Positions 21,561-31,965 are shown, counted from the stretch's first letter. The stretch: DNA of 44,195 nt from a virus (IMGVR_UViG_2541047814_000002); one strand, 5' to 3'. Notes: generated from the sequence alone by a model not told the origin. Numbers and translations: made by a program.

Positions 21561-21763
21561 AACCTCACTCCCAGCGGACGACGGCGACACCGGGTTGTCC
21601 CCAGTACCGACTCCGCATCATTGATCGCCCGGTTAAGCTCATCCAGAGAAGCCGCCGTATATTCAATTCTGCGACCATCTTTCTGGACAGACACCACCCG
21701 TTTACCGGTTAATAAATCAAGGCGCGCCTGACGCAGCGCCTGCAGTTCAGCGACTGTAACCAT
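21557..21763 (-). CDS. W: head-tail joining protein W
   Basis: 68 aa with TGKRV..VQKDGRR.E.TA.S motif as in lambda W. Confidence 0.9.
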   Translation of the reverse strand: MVTVAELQALRQARLDLLTGKRVVSVQKDGRRIEYTAASLDELNRAINDAESVLGTTRCRRRPLGVRL

Positions 21764-23675
21764 TCACTCCTCCGGACAGCTTCGCTGCCAGTTCTTTAAG
21801 GGTTGGCCGGGTCGTCTCTTCTTCCCGGGATTTTGCCAGTACAGCCAGATCAAGCTGCCAGCGTTGCACGGACACACGTAATGCCGCGTAGGCATACACC
21901 AGGCAGTCCAGCGCTTCGTTACGCCGCTTTTTGTTATCCCACAGCAGACGCATCTTTCCTTTTTCCCACTTCTCCACAAGCTCTTCCGCGACCAGTTGCT
22001 GCGCCTCTGTCTGCGAAAAAATCTCCGGATCATCAGGAAAACGGATAGCATACGACGTGGCTTCATCCACAGGCGTGGGATCGGCTTTCATACGGGCATA
22101 GAGAATTTCTTTTGCGGTGTCCGTCCCCACTTCACACAGATACACGCCCCGCTGATTGCGGGTTTTTGGCATGGTGATCACCGGCTTGCCATAGACAGAT
22201 GCGCCTTTTACCGGCAGCACCCGGAAAACACCGTGTTTTTTTGACCTCTGATAAACGATTTCGCCATCGATCCCCCCGATGTCCCAGCAGACACGGGAAA
22301 TGGTCATTTCGGTTCCGTCTGCATGGCGGTATTTTTTGTTGATCGCCGCATCCACACGTAACAGCGTCTCTTCCTCATCGGGACGCCCCATAATGATGAT
22401 TTTATCCACCAGAAAGGCTTCCTCTCCCGGAGCCCATCCCCAGACATACATCTCAAAACGGTTTCGCTGCGAGTCAATGCCCGCCGTCAGATAAACCACC
22501 CGGGCAGGCACCGCCGCCGTGTAACGCACAACCTTATCCATCAGCACCTGGTGATCGAGTTTTTCGCCCACAGCCTCTTCCCAGGTCTCGCCCAGCGTGG
22601 TGTTCACAAAGGTTTTCAGGCCGTTGGGATCTTTCAGTGCATCCAGCCAGTCATAGACAATCTGTACCCAGGTGGTGAACGGACTGTACGCCGTCCAGAT
22701 ATGGAAAGTGATGGAGCGCGGCGGCGGAATTTCATCACCCCGGGCGCTGAAAAACATCAGGCCGTCACGGGTCCACATGCCCGTGTTTTCACAGATCCAC
22801 CGCCCGTTACTCTGGTCAAGCTCAGACTGATGGATCACACAGCCATGATGCTCACAAAGGTAGAAAACACTTTCTGGCTTATTCTTCTCCCACTTAAGAC
22901 CGAAAGGCGAGGCATCATCGCCAAATTTCAGATACTGCTCCTCCCCACAGTGCGGACAGGGCACATAAAAACGCATGAAGTGTGCCGACTCGTTAGCGGC
23001 TTTTTCGATCTGGCAGGAGCCTTTGATTTTAGGCGTCGAGCCGCGAATGGATTTTGGCCATACAGAGCCCTCAATACGTTTATCCCCCAGCAGGGTTGGC
23101 GAACCCTCTTTTTCAACATCCGGTTCGAACGAGGAAAGCTCGTCATAACAGACCACATCCACGGATTTTTCACGGTAGTTTTTTGCTGCCGCACCACCCA
23201 GACACCAGAACCCCACACCGGAGGAAAAACGCTTCAGGGTGAGCGTATTATCGCGGTGTTTTCTTCCGAACCATGGAGCCAGCTCCAGCAATGCAGGAAC
23301 ATCCCTTATCGTTGGCTCAACATGAGATTTCATAAAATCTTCAGCAGCTGAGTCCGTGGGCTGAAAAAGAAGGCTGTTGCGTGATTTATGCTCAATAAAA
23401 TAAGCCTCCACTCCCAGCAACATCTTTGTATAACCAACACGGGCAGATTTAATCAGGTTAACCGTGCGAATCAGATCGTTGCCCATACAGTTCATGATGC
23501 CAACCTGAAACGGCAGTGTTTCCCATCGCCCCGGGGTATAAGACGACTCTTTAGGAAGGTAATAATGTTTATTGGCCCACTGAACTGTCGTCAGTGGAAC
23601 AGGAATAATGAGAGATAAAAGCCCTGTAGCTATCGCACCGGCTGCATTAGCTGCCTTCTGCGCGTCTGAAATCAT
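21747..23675 (-). CDS. A: terminase large subunit A
   Basis: Extensive lambda A identity ([42 protein letters not shown]); start set at internal ATG 23673..23675, overlapping Nu1 end as in lambda. Confidence 0.9.
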
Positions 23676-24195
23676 CGATCCACCCGCCCACGTTTTCACC
23701 GGCCTTAGCTGCAACATTGGAGGCTTTCGCGATTTCAGTTTTCACCACATCAAGGTGTGATGGTGAAATGTCCGGATATTTACGCTGTAATGTCAACGGC
23801 ACACGCACAAGTATCCCCGAAATCTCCTGTGCCACACGTTGCAGAATGAAGGTAAACAGTTCAGTTTCCAGCACTACTCCGTCTTCACGGGCATTTTTCA
23901 GTTCCTGCGCATCTGCCTGCGCTTTTGTGAGCCGGTAGCGTTCATAGTCAATGGTGCCGGGTTGTAAATCTGACTCCGCTGCCGCACGCAAATCGTCCAG
24001 TTCTTTGCGGAGCTTTTCGTTTTCGATATCAGTTTCCCTCTGCGCATACCACTGAATTGCCATGGCAGTATCAAATACAGATTCAATGCCCTTACTACCT
24101 TTGGAGGCGCAAGGGAGTCCCTGAGACTGCCAGCGTTCAATCGTCCGCGGGTCCACGTTGAAAATTTCGGCAAGCCTCTTTTTATTAACCTTCAT
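23647..24195 (-). CDS. nu1: terminase small subunit Nu1
   Basis: 182 aa, [12 protein letters not shown]...[10 protein letters not shown]...[13 protein letters not shown] matches lambda Nu1. Confidence 0.9.
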
Positions 24196-24371
24196 GAAAA
24201 CAACCCATTATCAAATACAAGGCCCGACATGAAAACGCCAGAAAAAGGCATTTTCGGACACTTTCATGTCGGACCTTTACGGATGCAATATTAAAAAAAA
24301 CAAAAAGTTATATTCGAGAAGTACCGACACGATTTTCCCTGAAAAATTTTCATAAATAGTGAAAAACCGCG

Positions 24372-24383
24372 AGGTCGCCGCCC
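24372..24383. other. cosN cohesive-end site (12-nt lambda-type cohesive end), with cosB/cosQ flanks
   Basis: AGGTCGCCGCCC is the reverse complement of the lambda cohesive end GGGCGGCGACCT; flanking sequence matches the start of the lambda genome on the minus strand. Confidence 0.85.
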
Positions 24384-24531
24384 CGTAACCTGTTGGATCG
24401 ACGGAAAGGACCCGAAAACGAGAATAATTATCACTTACAGCAAGAATCGAATCTGATCTATTATGGTGCTTGCTATTATGTGCCGGCACAAGTGCGTCGT
24501 TTACCGTCATTTCACACAGAGGCATCATCAA

Positions 24532-24783
24532 ATGAAAATCAGAAATATTCTCGCTATCTCCCTTGCGACATCATCCTTCAGTTGCCTGGCATTTAAATCC
24601 TCGCCCAATGTGCTACCAGGACCAACGAATCAACTAACTGCGGTAGAAAGTAAAATTATCGGACATTTTTATGCCCCACACAGTACATTACCCGGAACAA
24701 CCATCACAGGGACATGTGACGCCTCCCCCGTCCCGGGATGCACCTGTCCGTTTTGTACTATGCTGCGTAGCCAAAACCGATAA
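24532..24783 (+). CDS. hypothetical small secreted Cys-rich protein (83 aa)
   Basis: ATG at 24532 followed by signal-peptide-like MKIRNILAISLATSSFSCLA; Cys cluster GTCDASPVPGCTCPFC; located in cargo region between cos and bor. Confidence 0.3.
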   Translation: MKIRNILAISLATSSFSCLAFKSSPNVLPGPTNQLTAVESKIIGHFYAPHSTLPGTTITGTCDASPVPGCTCPFCTMLRSQNR

Positions 24784-25146
24784 CATCCGCATTTACCTGG
24801 TATTCCATGATGAGTTCACGCAGCGACTGATAGAGGAAGGAAAGATGGTTAGTAAAAGCAAGGCGCATTGCCGCCGCATGCTGCAGGCATTGCAACAGAC
24901 GAGAGCAGGTATTTTTGACCAGTTGGAAAACTGCCAGCATACTTTGCCCGAGTATATCGCCATCTCATCGGAAACCAGTGCAACTCTTATTCATCGGGTT
25001 CCACCAGAGAAAAAGAAGAAATGAACAGTGAGGCGTTGTGTGGCATACAACGCCTTCTTCCATCATTCCTCGTCAGCCATGACAAAAATATAACCGCTGG
25101 CTCTTTCATTTTTCTCCTGCTTCCAGCCCCTCTCTACCTGGAAGCA

Positions 25147-25473
25147 TCAAGGACGTGACGGCGTAAAGATAAATTGTCTCTTCACTCCCTGACAGGGGCG
25201 ATTCTTTTCAAATCGCCATTTCGCCATGGCCTTCACCACTTCATCACGAAACAAATTATGAGGCTCTGAGCGGAGAAAAACGATCCGTGTCACAGTCCCA
25301 TCAGCACCAATATCGAACTTAACCTCAACCAGCCCCTTGATATAATTTGCTGCAGCATATTCCGGATATCGTGGATACACCGTCACTAATTGCCGGGGCT
25401 CATCAGCTTTTTGCTGCGAGCATCCCACTGCCAGGACAGATAACAGAAAAAGTAGTAAAAGGCGTCTTTTCAT
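25147..25473 (-). CDS. TonB C-terminal-domain-like lipoprotein
   Basis: Lipoprotein signal MKRRLLLLFLLSVLAVGC; remainder resembles the TonB C-terminal domain (YP.YP..A....I.G.V.VKFDI.ADG.V......L.S.P...F..EV.KAM.KWRF). Confidence 0.6.
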   Translation of the reverse strand: MKRRLLLLFLLSVLAVGCSQQKADEPRQLVTVYPRYPEYAAANYIKGLVEVKFDIGADGTVTRIVFLRSEPHNLFRDEVVKAMAKWRFEKNRPCQGVKRQFIFTPSRP

Positions 25474-25953
25474 TTTTATTCCTACGGGTCTTATTCTGAC
25501 AATATATCCTGTGTTCCAGACTGCCACATCACCACATCCTGTGCCATTATCTGACTCACATTACATACATCGCATCGGGATACAGTAGTAGCACTTTCTG
25601 TAATACAGCTTCCTGTTTCTTCCACCATCGCACCGGGATAAACCCGCGAATCATTAACGCGGTAAAAACCCGGTGTGCATCGTTTTTAATTATTCCCGCA
25701 CACTCACGCAGAAGGAATTCCCCGTCGGGCTACGGTCATGGTTAATGCGGGAATACGGCGACGATACAGCGCAGCTAAAAGGGTAATGGACGGATAGACC
25801 GGTTTATTTCATTCCACAGGATTCTGAGTGTCCCCAACTTCCTCCAATAGTCTGAGCCCACCTGTGTAGTTTTAATTTTCATCAATCCATTTAACTATCG
25901 TTTAATTGTTGTCACATAGGATTCTGCCGTTTTTAACAATGCAGGATAATAAG

Positions 25954-26247
25954 ATGAAAAAAATGTTGTTTTCTGCCGCTCTGGCAATGCTTATTACAGG
26001 ATGTGCTCAACAGACGTTTACTGTTGGAAACAAACCTACAGCAGTAACACCAAAGGAAACCATCACCCATCATTTCTTCGTTTCGGGAATTGGGCAGAAG
26101 AAAACTGTCGATGCAGCAAAAATTTGTGGTGGTGCAGAAAATGTTGTTAAAACAGAAACCCAGCAAACATTCGTAAATGGATTGCTCGGTTTTATTACTT
26201 TAGGCATTTATACTCCGCTGGAAGCGCGTGTGTATTGCTCACAATAA
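25954..26247 (+). CDS. bor: Bor lipoprotein (serum-resistance, Iss family)
   Basis: 97 aa, MKKMLFSAALAMLITGCAQQTFTV.NKP.AV.PKETITHHFFVSGIGQKKTVDAAKICGG... matches lambda Bor. Confidence 0.9.
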   Translation: MKKMLFSAALAMLITGCAQQTFTVGNKPTAVTPKETITHHFFVSGIGQKKTVDAAKICGGAENVVKTETQQTFVNGLLGFITLGIYTPLEARVYCSQ

Positions 26248-26278
26248 TTGCATGAGTTGCCCATCGATATGGGCAGCT

Positions 26279-26740
26279 CTATCTGCACTGCTCATTAATA
26301 TACTTCTGGGTTCCTTCCAGTTGTTTTTGCATAGTGATCAGCCTCTCTCTGAGGGTGAAATAATCCCGTTCAGCGGTGTCTGCCAGTCGGGGGGAGGCTG
26401 CATTATCCACGCCGGAGGCGGTGGTGGCTTCACGCACTGACTGACAGACTGCTTTGATGTGCAACCGACGACGACCAGCGGCAACATCATCACGCAGAGC
26501 ATCATTTTCAGCTTTCGCATCAGCTAACTCCTTCGTGTATTTTGCATCGAGCGCAGCAACATCACGCTGACGCATCTGTATGTCAGTAATTACCGCGTTC
26601 GCCAGCGTCAGTTCTCTGGCATTTTTGTCGCGCTGGGCTTTGTAGGTAATGGCGTTATCACGGTAATGATTAACAGCCCATGACAGGCAGACGATGATGC
26701 AGATAACCAGAGCGGAGATAATCGCGGTTACTCTGTTCAT
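26279..26740 (-). CDS. Rz: i-spanin Rz
   Basis: [44 protein letters not shown]... matches lambda Rz. Confidence 0.9.
   Translation of the reverse strand: MNRVTAIISALVICIIVCLSWAVNHYRDNAITYKAQRDKNARELTLANAVITDIQMRQRDVAALDAKYTKELADAKAENDALRDDVAAGRRRLHIKAVCQSVREATTASGVDNAASPRLADTAERDYFTLRERLITMQKQLEGTQKYINEQCR
26338..26520 (-). CDS. Rz1: o-spanin Rz1 (lipoprotein, embedded in +1 frame of Rz)
   Basis: 60 aa, .[58 protein letters not shown] matches lambda Rz1. Confidence 0.85.
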   Translation of the reverse strand: MRKLKMMLCVMMLPLVVVGCTSKQSVSQCVKPPPPPAWIMQPPPDWQTPLNGIISPSERG

Positions 26741-27234
26741 TGCTGACCCCACAAACAGATTTCACGCTCAATCTCACGACGAGTCATGAGACCTTTCCAT
26801 TGCTTACCGCCAGCATATGTCCAGCGACGTAGCTGATCACATGCGCCTTTGATATCGCCCTGGTTTATTTTGCGAAGAAGCGTCGATGTTCTGAAATTGC
26901 CAGCACCCACGTTGTAAACGAATGAGTAAAGAGCGCCGCGCATTGTTTCCGGTATATCGACTTTGATGTACGGGTTAATTTGTCTGGCGACCGTGGCAAG
27001 GTCTTTATTCAGGAGGGCTTTGCATTCTGCTTTGGTATACGTTTTACCGAGCATGATGTCTTTTCCTGTATGCCCGTGACATACAGTCCATACACCAACA
27101 ATATCTTTGTATGGTATGTAGCTGACACCTTCCAGACCATCGTTACCACTTGGGCCAGTGATTAACACTGATGCTATAGCAATTGCTCCGCCACCAATAG
27201 CAGCAGCAACGGCTTTTCGTAATGATGGAGGCAT
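26737..27234 (-). CDS. R: SAR endolysin (T4-lysozyme-like, GH24) with N-terminal signal-anchor-release domain
   Basis: N-terminal Gly/Ala-rich weakly hydrophobic segment [18 protein letters not shown] followed by lysozyme catalytic region (E..D..T); resembles phage 21 R rather than lambda R transglycosylase. Confidence 0.85.
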   Translation of the reverse strand: MPPSLRKAVAAAIGGGAIAIASVLITGPSGNDGLEGVSYIPYKDIVGVWTVCHGHTGKDIMLGKTYTKAECKALLNKDLATVARQINPYIKVDIPETMRGALYSFVYNVGAGNFRTSTLLRKINQGDIKGACDQLRRWTYAGGKQWKGLMTRREIEREICLWGQQ

Positions 27235-27449
27235 TATTCACCTCTCGCAGCCTTGCGCTTATCTTCTTTAATCTTGAAATAAAGGTTTGTCAGGTACGTC
27301 AGCAGGCCAAATACCAGGCTACCCAGCACACCTATTGCCGCCCACTGTGAGGGCGTGACTTTATCGAGCAACTGTAAAAACCAGTACCCGGCACTACCTG
27401 CTGAGGTACCATAGGCGACACCCGTTGTTAACTTATCCATGGATTTCAT
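27234..27449 (-). CDS. S: pinholin (S21-type) with dual start motif
   Basis: 71 aa, MKSMDK...[18 protein letters not shown]...[35 protein letters not shown] resembles phage 21 S pinholin. Confidence 0.85.
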
Positions 27450-27574
27450 AACCCCACCTCGCAGACAAAGCGGGTGTAAATTAAGGGGATACTACGTATC
27501 GCAATAAAGGCAGAAACGTAACAGATTCGGAGTCAGTGAATAACTCAGGTATTGGGTTATCAGCTAATATCGAG

Positions 27575-27612
27575 ACTCAAAAAATGGAAAAACCCGCTCG
27601 ACGGCGGGTTTA
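27575..27612 (-). terminator. candidate intrinsic terminator upstream of S
   Basis: Minus-strand hairpin AACCCGC..GCGGGTT followed by TTTTTCCATTTTTTGA. Confidence 0.4.
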
Positions 27613-28037
27613 AGCTGTGTGACGAAGTAACCACTCTTAACAGCATAACCAATTTTTTACGTACGTAAACTACTAAATGATATTTGTGAGAATGCCACCG
27701 AGTGTTCAAAACACCACCACAAATGCATAAGAAAACTTCAACAAATAACCAGTTAATAATTTCCAATGTTATTTTTAGTTTGTTTAAATTAAGCTAAAGA
27801 ATTATAGAGCACTTATAAATAAGTGCCATTAATATAAATTAGCTAATAGATTTATTTTTGTTCAGACAAGAGCCATGAATAGGATTAGATAGAAAAGGTT
27901 CAGATAAAAATAGAGATCTACTTCACAAATTAAATGAGAAACTAAAACTTACATCTTGAAATAATCACATTGATTAGATGAATATTTATCGCGCAGTGAC
28001 ATCATTTTTTAATAATAGTTCAAAAAAAGGGCGTACA

Positions 28038-29120
28038 ATGAAAAAATTAACAGTGGCAATTTCTGCTGTAGCTGCATCAGTACTGATGGCGATGTCTGCT
28101 CAGGCAGCTGAAATTTATAATAAAGACAGTAACAAGCTGGATCTATACGGGAAAGTTAATGCCAAGCACTACTTCTCCTCTAATGATGCAGATGATGGTG
28201 ATACTACTTATGCCCGTCTTGGCTTCAAAGGTGAAACCCAAATCAACGATCAACTGACTGGTTTCGGTCAGTGGGAATATGAATTCAAAGGCAACCGTGC
28301 TGAATCTCAAGGTTCTTCCAAAGACAAAACCCGTCTTGCATTTGCAGGCCTGAAATTTGGTGATTACGGCTCAATCGATTACGGCCGTAACTACGGTGTA
28401 GCATACGACATCGGTGCGTGGACTGACGTTCTGCCAGAATTCGGTGGTGATACCTGGACCCAAACAGATGTGTTCATGACTGGTCGCACTACTGGTGTTG
28501 CAACTTATCGTAACAACGACTTCTTTGGTCTGGTCGATGGCCTGAACTTTGCTGCTCAGTATCAGGGTAAAAATGACCGCACTGACGTAACTGAAGCCAA
28601 TGGTGATGGTTTCGGTTTCTCCACTACTTATGAGTATGAAGGATTCGGCGTGGGTGCAACCTATGCTAAATCAGATCGCACTGACGGTCAGGTCGCCTAT
28701 GGTAAGAGCAAATTCAATGCCTCCGGCAAAAATGCGGAAGTATGGGCTGCAGGCCTGAAATATGATGCGAACAATATCTATCTGGCTACCACATATTCTG
28801 AAACTCAGAATATGACCGTTTTTGGTAATAACCATATTGCAAACAAAGCACAAAACTTTGAAGCAGTAGCACAATATCAGTTTGACTTCGGTCTGCGTCC
28901 ATCTGTTGCTTACCTTCAGTCAAAAGGTAAAGACCTTGGTGTTCATGGTGACCGAGACTTAGTCAAGTATGTCGATGTCGGTGCTACTTACTACTTTAAT
29001 AAAAACATGTCCACTTTTGTTGATTACAAAATCAACTTAATTGACGATAGTAAGTTTACCAAAACAGCTGGTATTGATACCGACGACATCGTCGCTGTAG
29101 GTCTGGTTTATCAGTTCTAA
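28038..29120 (+). CDS. nmpC: outer membrane porin, NmpC/Lc (OmpC-family) type
   Basis: 360 aa with signal peptide [38 protein letters not shown] start and C-terminal VAVGLVYQF; located between Q and S as in DLP12 and PA-2. Confidence 0.9.
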   Translation: MKKLTVAISAVAASVLMAMSAQAAEIYNKDSNKLDLYGKVNAKHYFSSNDADDGDTTYARLGFKGETQINDQLTGFGQWEYEFKGNRAESQGSSKDKTRLAFAGLKFGDYGSIDYGRNYGVAYDIGAWTDVLPEFGGDTWTQTDVFMTGRTTGVATYRNNDFFGLVDGLNFAAQYQGKNDRTDVTEANGDGFGFSTTYEYEGFGVGATYAKSDRTDGQVAYGKSKFNASGKNAEVWAAGLKYDANNIYLATTYSETQNMTVFGNNHIANKAQNFEAVAQYQFDFGLRPSVAYLQSKGKDLGVHGDRDLVKYVDVGATYYFNKNMSTFVDYKINLIDDSKFTKTAGIDTDDIVAVGLVYQF

Positions 29121-29137
29121 TCTGACTTACGAAAAAG

Positions 29138-29172
29138 ATATGTTGCGGGAGGCTTTGCCTCCGCAACATATA
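29138..29172 (-). terminator. candidate late-region terminator (tR'-like) between Q and porin
   Basis: Long perfect hairpin ATATGTTGCGGAGG-CAAAG-CCTCCCGCAACATAT followed on the minus strand by TCTTTTTCG. Confidence 0.35.
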
Positions 29173-29257
29173 AGTGGAGCCCTCAAGCCACTTCCTTTAG
29201 AAGCACTACCTTGCTTCTTACTATATAAACCTTCTGTTATATATTACCCTTTATTTT

Positions 29258-29282
29258 GGGGGCGTTTCCACGCCCCATTTTT
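29258..29282 (+). terminator. candidate intrinsic terminator downstream of porin gene
   Basis: Plus-strand hairpin GGGGCGT-TTCC-ACGCCCC followed by ATTTTTAA. Confidence 0.4.
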
Positions 29283-29308
29283 AATAACTTTTAGTAAACA
29301 ATTGCATA

Positions 29309-29692
29309 TCAATTAGAATTATTAGCAACGATATCCATATCTAACCGGATATCTAATGCCATTAACATCCCTTCAATTATGCCCTCAGCCTTCTGTAACC
29401 TTTTCCCGATATAACCATCCGAGCAGCAATGCTTACTTGCCAGTGACATGAATGTCATACCACATACATAATAATCTACTAATAAATCGTGTAAATCGCT
29501 GTTGTTCTTTTTCAGACGGGCCATGCACCCGCAAATGATCATCGCGTCATCGTCACAACATTGCGGGCGAGATTTTACTTTTGAAGGAATTAATCCCTTA
29601 AAACCGGCGGCAATGGACGACCAGGTCACATCTTCATGATTATTAGCCGCCCACGCACCCCAACGCTCAAGAACCATCTGAATATCACGCAT
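29309..29692 (-). CDS. Q: late gene antiterminator Q (DLP12 QuuD / phage 82-type)
   Basis: 127 aa from ATG 29690..29692, [22 protein letters not shown]... with Cys-rich region; position upstream of lysis cassette. Confidence 0.8.
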   Translation of the reverse strand: MRDIQMVLERWGAWAANNHEDVTWSSIAAGFKGLIPSKVKSRPQCCDDDAMIICGCMARLKKNNSDLHDLLVDYYVCGMTFMSLASKHCCSDGYIGKRLQKAEGIIEGMLMALDIRLDMDIVANNSN

Positions 29693-29914
29693 CAACTTAC
29701 TCCACAAAAATCAGACCAGAACGCCAATTACAAGCAAAAATCAACAAAACAGTATTAGTTGATTGTTATCTCTGACTTCATACTCCTGTTCCTGTCAGGG
29801 TTTTGGCGTAATTCTTCAGTATTCGGTAATCGGTCAAAACAGAACCGAGGAAACGATATAAGCGCAGACGCCCCCAGCGGTGGCGAAGAAGTTCTGCCAT
29901 ATTAAACTCAAACA

Positions 29915-30277
29915 TCATTCATTCCCCATTTCGGTGATGGTCAGTTCCAGCCTCCCACCTTTGGTAACAGGCATCTTCACAACGCGGTAATCAACGACCT
30001 GAGCATCATCCAGCCAGAAACCTGCTTTAGTGAGTGCGTCAAAAGCGGCTTTTTGCAGATTATCCAGGTCACGGCGACGGCGATCCGGCATGTGGCACTC
30101 AATGCGGATTTTCACAGGCATAGCCAGGCCGATATCCAGCATTGCGTTTTTAATGATTCGGGCGACGTTATCGCGGTATGCCTGCCCCTCTGCGCTGACG
30201 TGCGTGCGCCCGCGATTATGGCGGTAATAGCGATTATTGCTCGGAGGCCAGGGTAATGTGATGCTGTAGGTATTCAC
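29915..30277 (-). CDS. rusA: Holliday junction resolvase RusA
   Basis: 120 aa, [35 protein letters not shown]... matches E. coli RusA. Confidence 0.9.
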   Translation of the reverse strand: MNTYSITLPWPPSNNRYYRHNRGRTHVSAEGQAYRDNVARIIKNAMLDIGLAMPVKIRIECHMPDRRRRDLDNLQKAAFDALTKAGFWLDDAQVVDYRVVKMPVTKGGRLELTITEMGNE

Positions 30278-30296
30278 GCCTTAATAACCCCCTCTT

Positions 30297-30491
30297 TCAG
30301 CCACATAACCTGTGTTCTCGCCATACCTTCCAGCGCGCATTCTTTTGCATATGCAGCATCGACTTGCTTGGCATGCCCTTTACCGGCAATCTTCTGTATG
30401 CGCTAAACCTAGATAGAATCCACTCTGTGCACATTGAAGCCCGCTCTATGCTTTCTTTCAGGTATTGAAGGGATTGAGATGGGCTAAGCAT
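30297..30491 (-). CDS. hypothetical small protein (64 aa), nin region
   Basis: ORF tightly packed between flanking genes (start overlaps upstream stop); no homology recognised. Confidence 0.3.
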   Translation of the reverse strand: MLSPSQSLQYLKESIERASMCTEWILSRFSAYRRLPVKGMPSKSMLHMQKNARWKVWREHRLCG

Positions 30492-30831
30492 TATTGGCCT
30501 CCTGCATCAGGAGAAAGACAATCATGGCGGCGCGGAGAGGTCTGGTATCAAATATTGGGCTTACGCCTTTTGCATCCACACACCATTCAGTTAACTGGTC
30601 TAAGATAGAAATCCTGTATTTCTCAATAATCGGCCATGAAGCGCTCGGATCATTGCAGTAGTCAGGCAAATGATTTAATGGCTCAAAAGTTGTATCAGCA
30701 TTTCCGTAATACCATTTGTTGGTGTTATTCCCTGATGTTTCCGGTTTACTTGCCCAAAGGCCTTTAAAAATTATGTCTCCTACCATTCTGTTAATTTCAA
30801 AATCACTTAACTGTGAATAATCCATTGTCAT
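30484..30831 (-). CDS. hypothetical nin-region protein (115 aa)
   Basis: ORF start overlaps ninE stop; occupies the ybcO-like position of DLP12; not recognised. Confidence 0.5.
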   Translation of the reverse strand: MTMDYSQLSDFEINRMVGDIIFKGLWASKPETSGNNTNKWYYGNADTTFEPLNHLPDYCNDPSASWPIIEKYRISILDQLTEWCVDAKGVSPIFDTRPLRAAMIVFLLMQEANNA

Positions 30832-31004
30832 TTCCTCGCACGATATCTTAGCCACCGGATATCCCACAGGTGGGCTGTGTAATTGAAGGTTTTTACGTCA
30901 GATTCTTTTGGGATTAGCTTGCGTTTATTTCTGGAGCGTTTCGTTGGAAGGTATTTGCAGTTTTCGCAGATTATGTCGGTGATGCTTCGTCGCTGTCGTC
31001 TCAT
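30828..31004 (-). CDS. ninE: NinE
   Basis: [52 protein letters not shown]... matches lambda NinE. Confidence 0.8.
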   Translation of the reverse strand: MRRQRRSITDIICENCKYLPTKRSRNKRKLIPKESDVKTFNYTAHLWDIRWLRYRARK

Positions 31005-31528
31005 GCAGCCCTCCTGACGCCCTGCCCGATCGCCATCAATGCCGCTTTGGATACGGTAGTAAACATCCGTCGAGGACTGATGAACGGTCGCCAAATCAGC
31101 AGCATGGAGCCTTTGCTGTTTCCCTTCTTCTCCAGCCCTGTCGATGGTTCGATAAAATTAATCCGTCCATCAGTGATAATACGAACTTCGTCAACACTCT
31201 CCAGAGCCTTGCTGAACCATCCGACAGACATATCCTCTGGCACAAGCATCACTACCGTCTGTCGCTGTTGTATACACTGCTCAGCGGCTTTTTCCACCCA
31301 CGGCCTGATATTGCTGTACGGTGGGTTATTCCAGATTGCACCGTGGCTTACCCACTCAGAATTGAGCGCGTCGTCGTCCTCAGTTAGCCAGTGAGCGCAC
31401 AGAGCATTTTTGTCGCTCGCTGCCGAATCCAGCCAGAATCCAAACTCAATATCCAGTGCATCAAAAAGCCAAAGCGGCGTTTGCCAGCAGTCCTTGTCGT
31501 GTGCTGGCGTATTTGATTTGATAGTCAT
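31001..31528 (-). CDS. phage DNA N6-adenine methyltransferase (Dam-like, orphan)
   Basis: NPPY catalytic motif (WNNPPYSN) and [13 protein letters not shown]-terminus typical of phage N6-adenine MTases; no adjacent restriction gene. Confidence 0.75.
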   Translation of the reverse strand: MTIKSNTPAHDKDCWQTPLWLFDALDIEFGFWLDSAASDKNALCAHWLTEDDDALNSEWVSHGAIWNNPPYSNIRPWVEKAAEQCIQQRQTVVMLVPEDMSVGWFSKALESVDEVRIITDGRINFIEPSTGLEKKGNSKGSMLLIWRPFISPRRMFTTVSKAALMAIGQGVRRAA

Positions 31529-31965
31529 GCAGCCCGATCTCCCCATCGCGCTTTCCATTCGAGAGCCAGTCGCGCTTCGTCTGACCACTTAACGCCACGC
31601 TCTGTACCGAATGCCTGTATAAGCTCTAATAGCTCCGCAAATTCGCTTACACGCATCCTGCTGGTTGACTGGCCTATTACCACAAAGCCATTCCCGGCAA
31701 GGTTAGGAACAACATCCTGCTGCTTTAATGCTGCGGTAAACACACACTTCCAGCTTTCTGCATCCAGCCAGCGACCATGCCATTCAACCTGACGAGAGAC
31801 GTCACCTAAGCAGGCCCATAGCTTCCTGTTTTGGTCTAAGCTGCGGTTGCGTTCCTGAATGGTTACTACGATTGGTTTGGTTGGGTCTGGAAGGATTTGC
31901 TGTACTGCGTGAATAGCGTTTTGCTGATGTGCCGGAGATCGAATTTCAAAGGTTAGTTTTTTCAT
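31525..31965 (-). CDS. ninB: NinB recombination protein
   Basis: MKKLTFEIRSPAHQQNAIHAVQQILPDPTKPIVVTIQERNRSLDQNRKLWACLGDV... matches lambda NinB. Confidence 0.9.
   Translation of the reverse strand: MKKLTFEIRSPAHQQNAIHAVQQILPDPTKPIVVTIQERNRSLDQNRKLWACLGDVSRQVEWHGRWLDAESWKCVFTAALKQQDVVPNLAGNGFVVIGQSTSRMRVSEFAELLELIQAFGTERGVKWSDEARLALEWKARWGDRAA

Noticed and set aside
22551-23351. 266-aa plus-strand ORF
   Set aside because: Antisense to terminase A.
27560-27766. 68-aa minus-strand ORF upstream of S
   Set aside because: Lies in the AT-rich intergenic region, overlaps the predicted terminator hairpin, and has no RBS or homology.
27450-28037. Possible tRNA genes or Shiga-toxin genes between Q and S (common in Stx phages)
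   Set aside because: No cloverleaf-like sequence with conserved T-loop found by eye, and no A/B toxin ORFs; the slot is occupied by a porin gene. A tRNA scan would be needed to exclude tRNAs fully.
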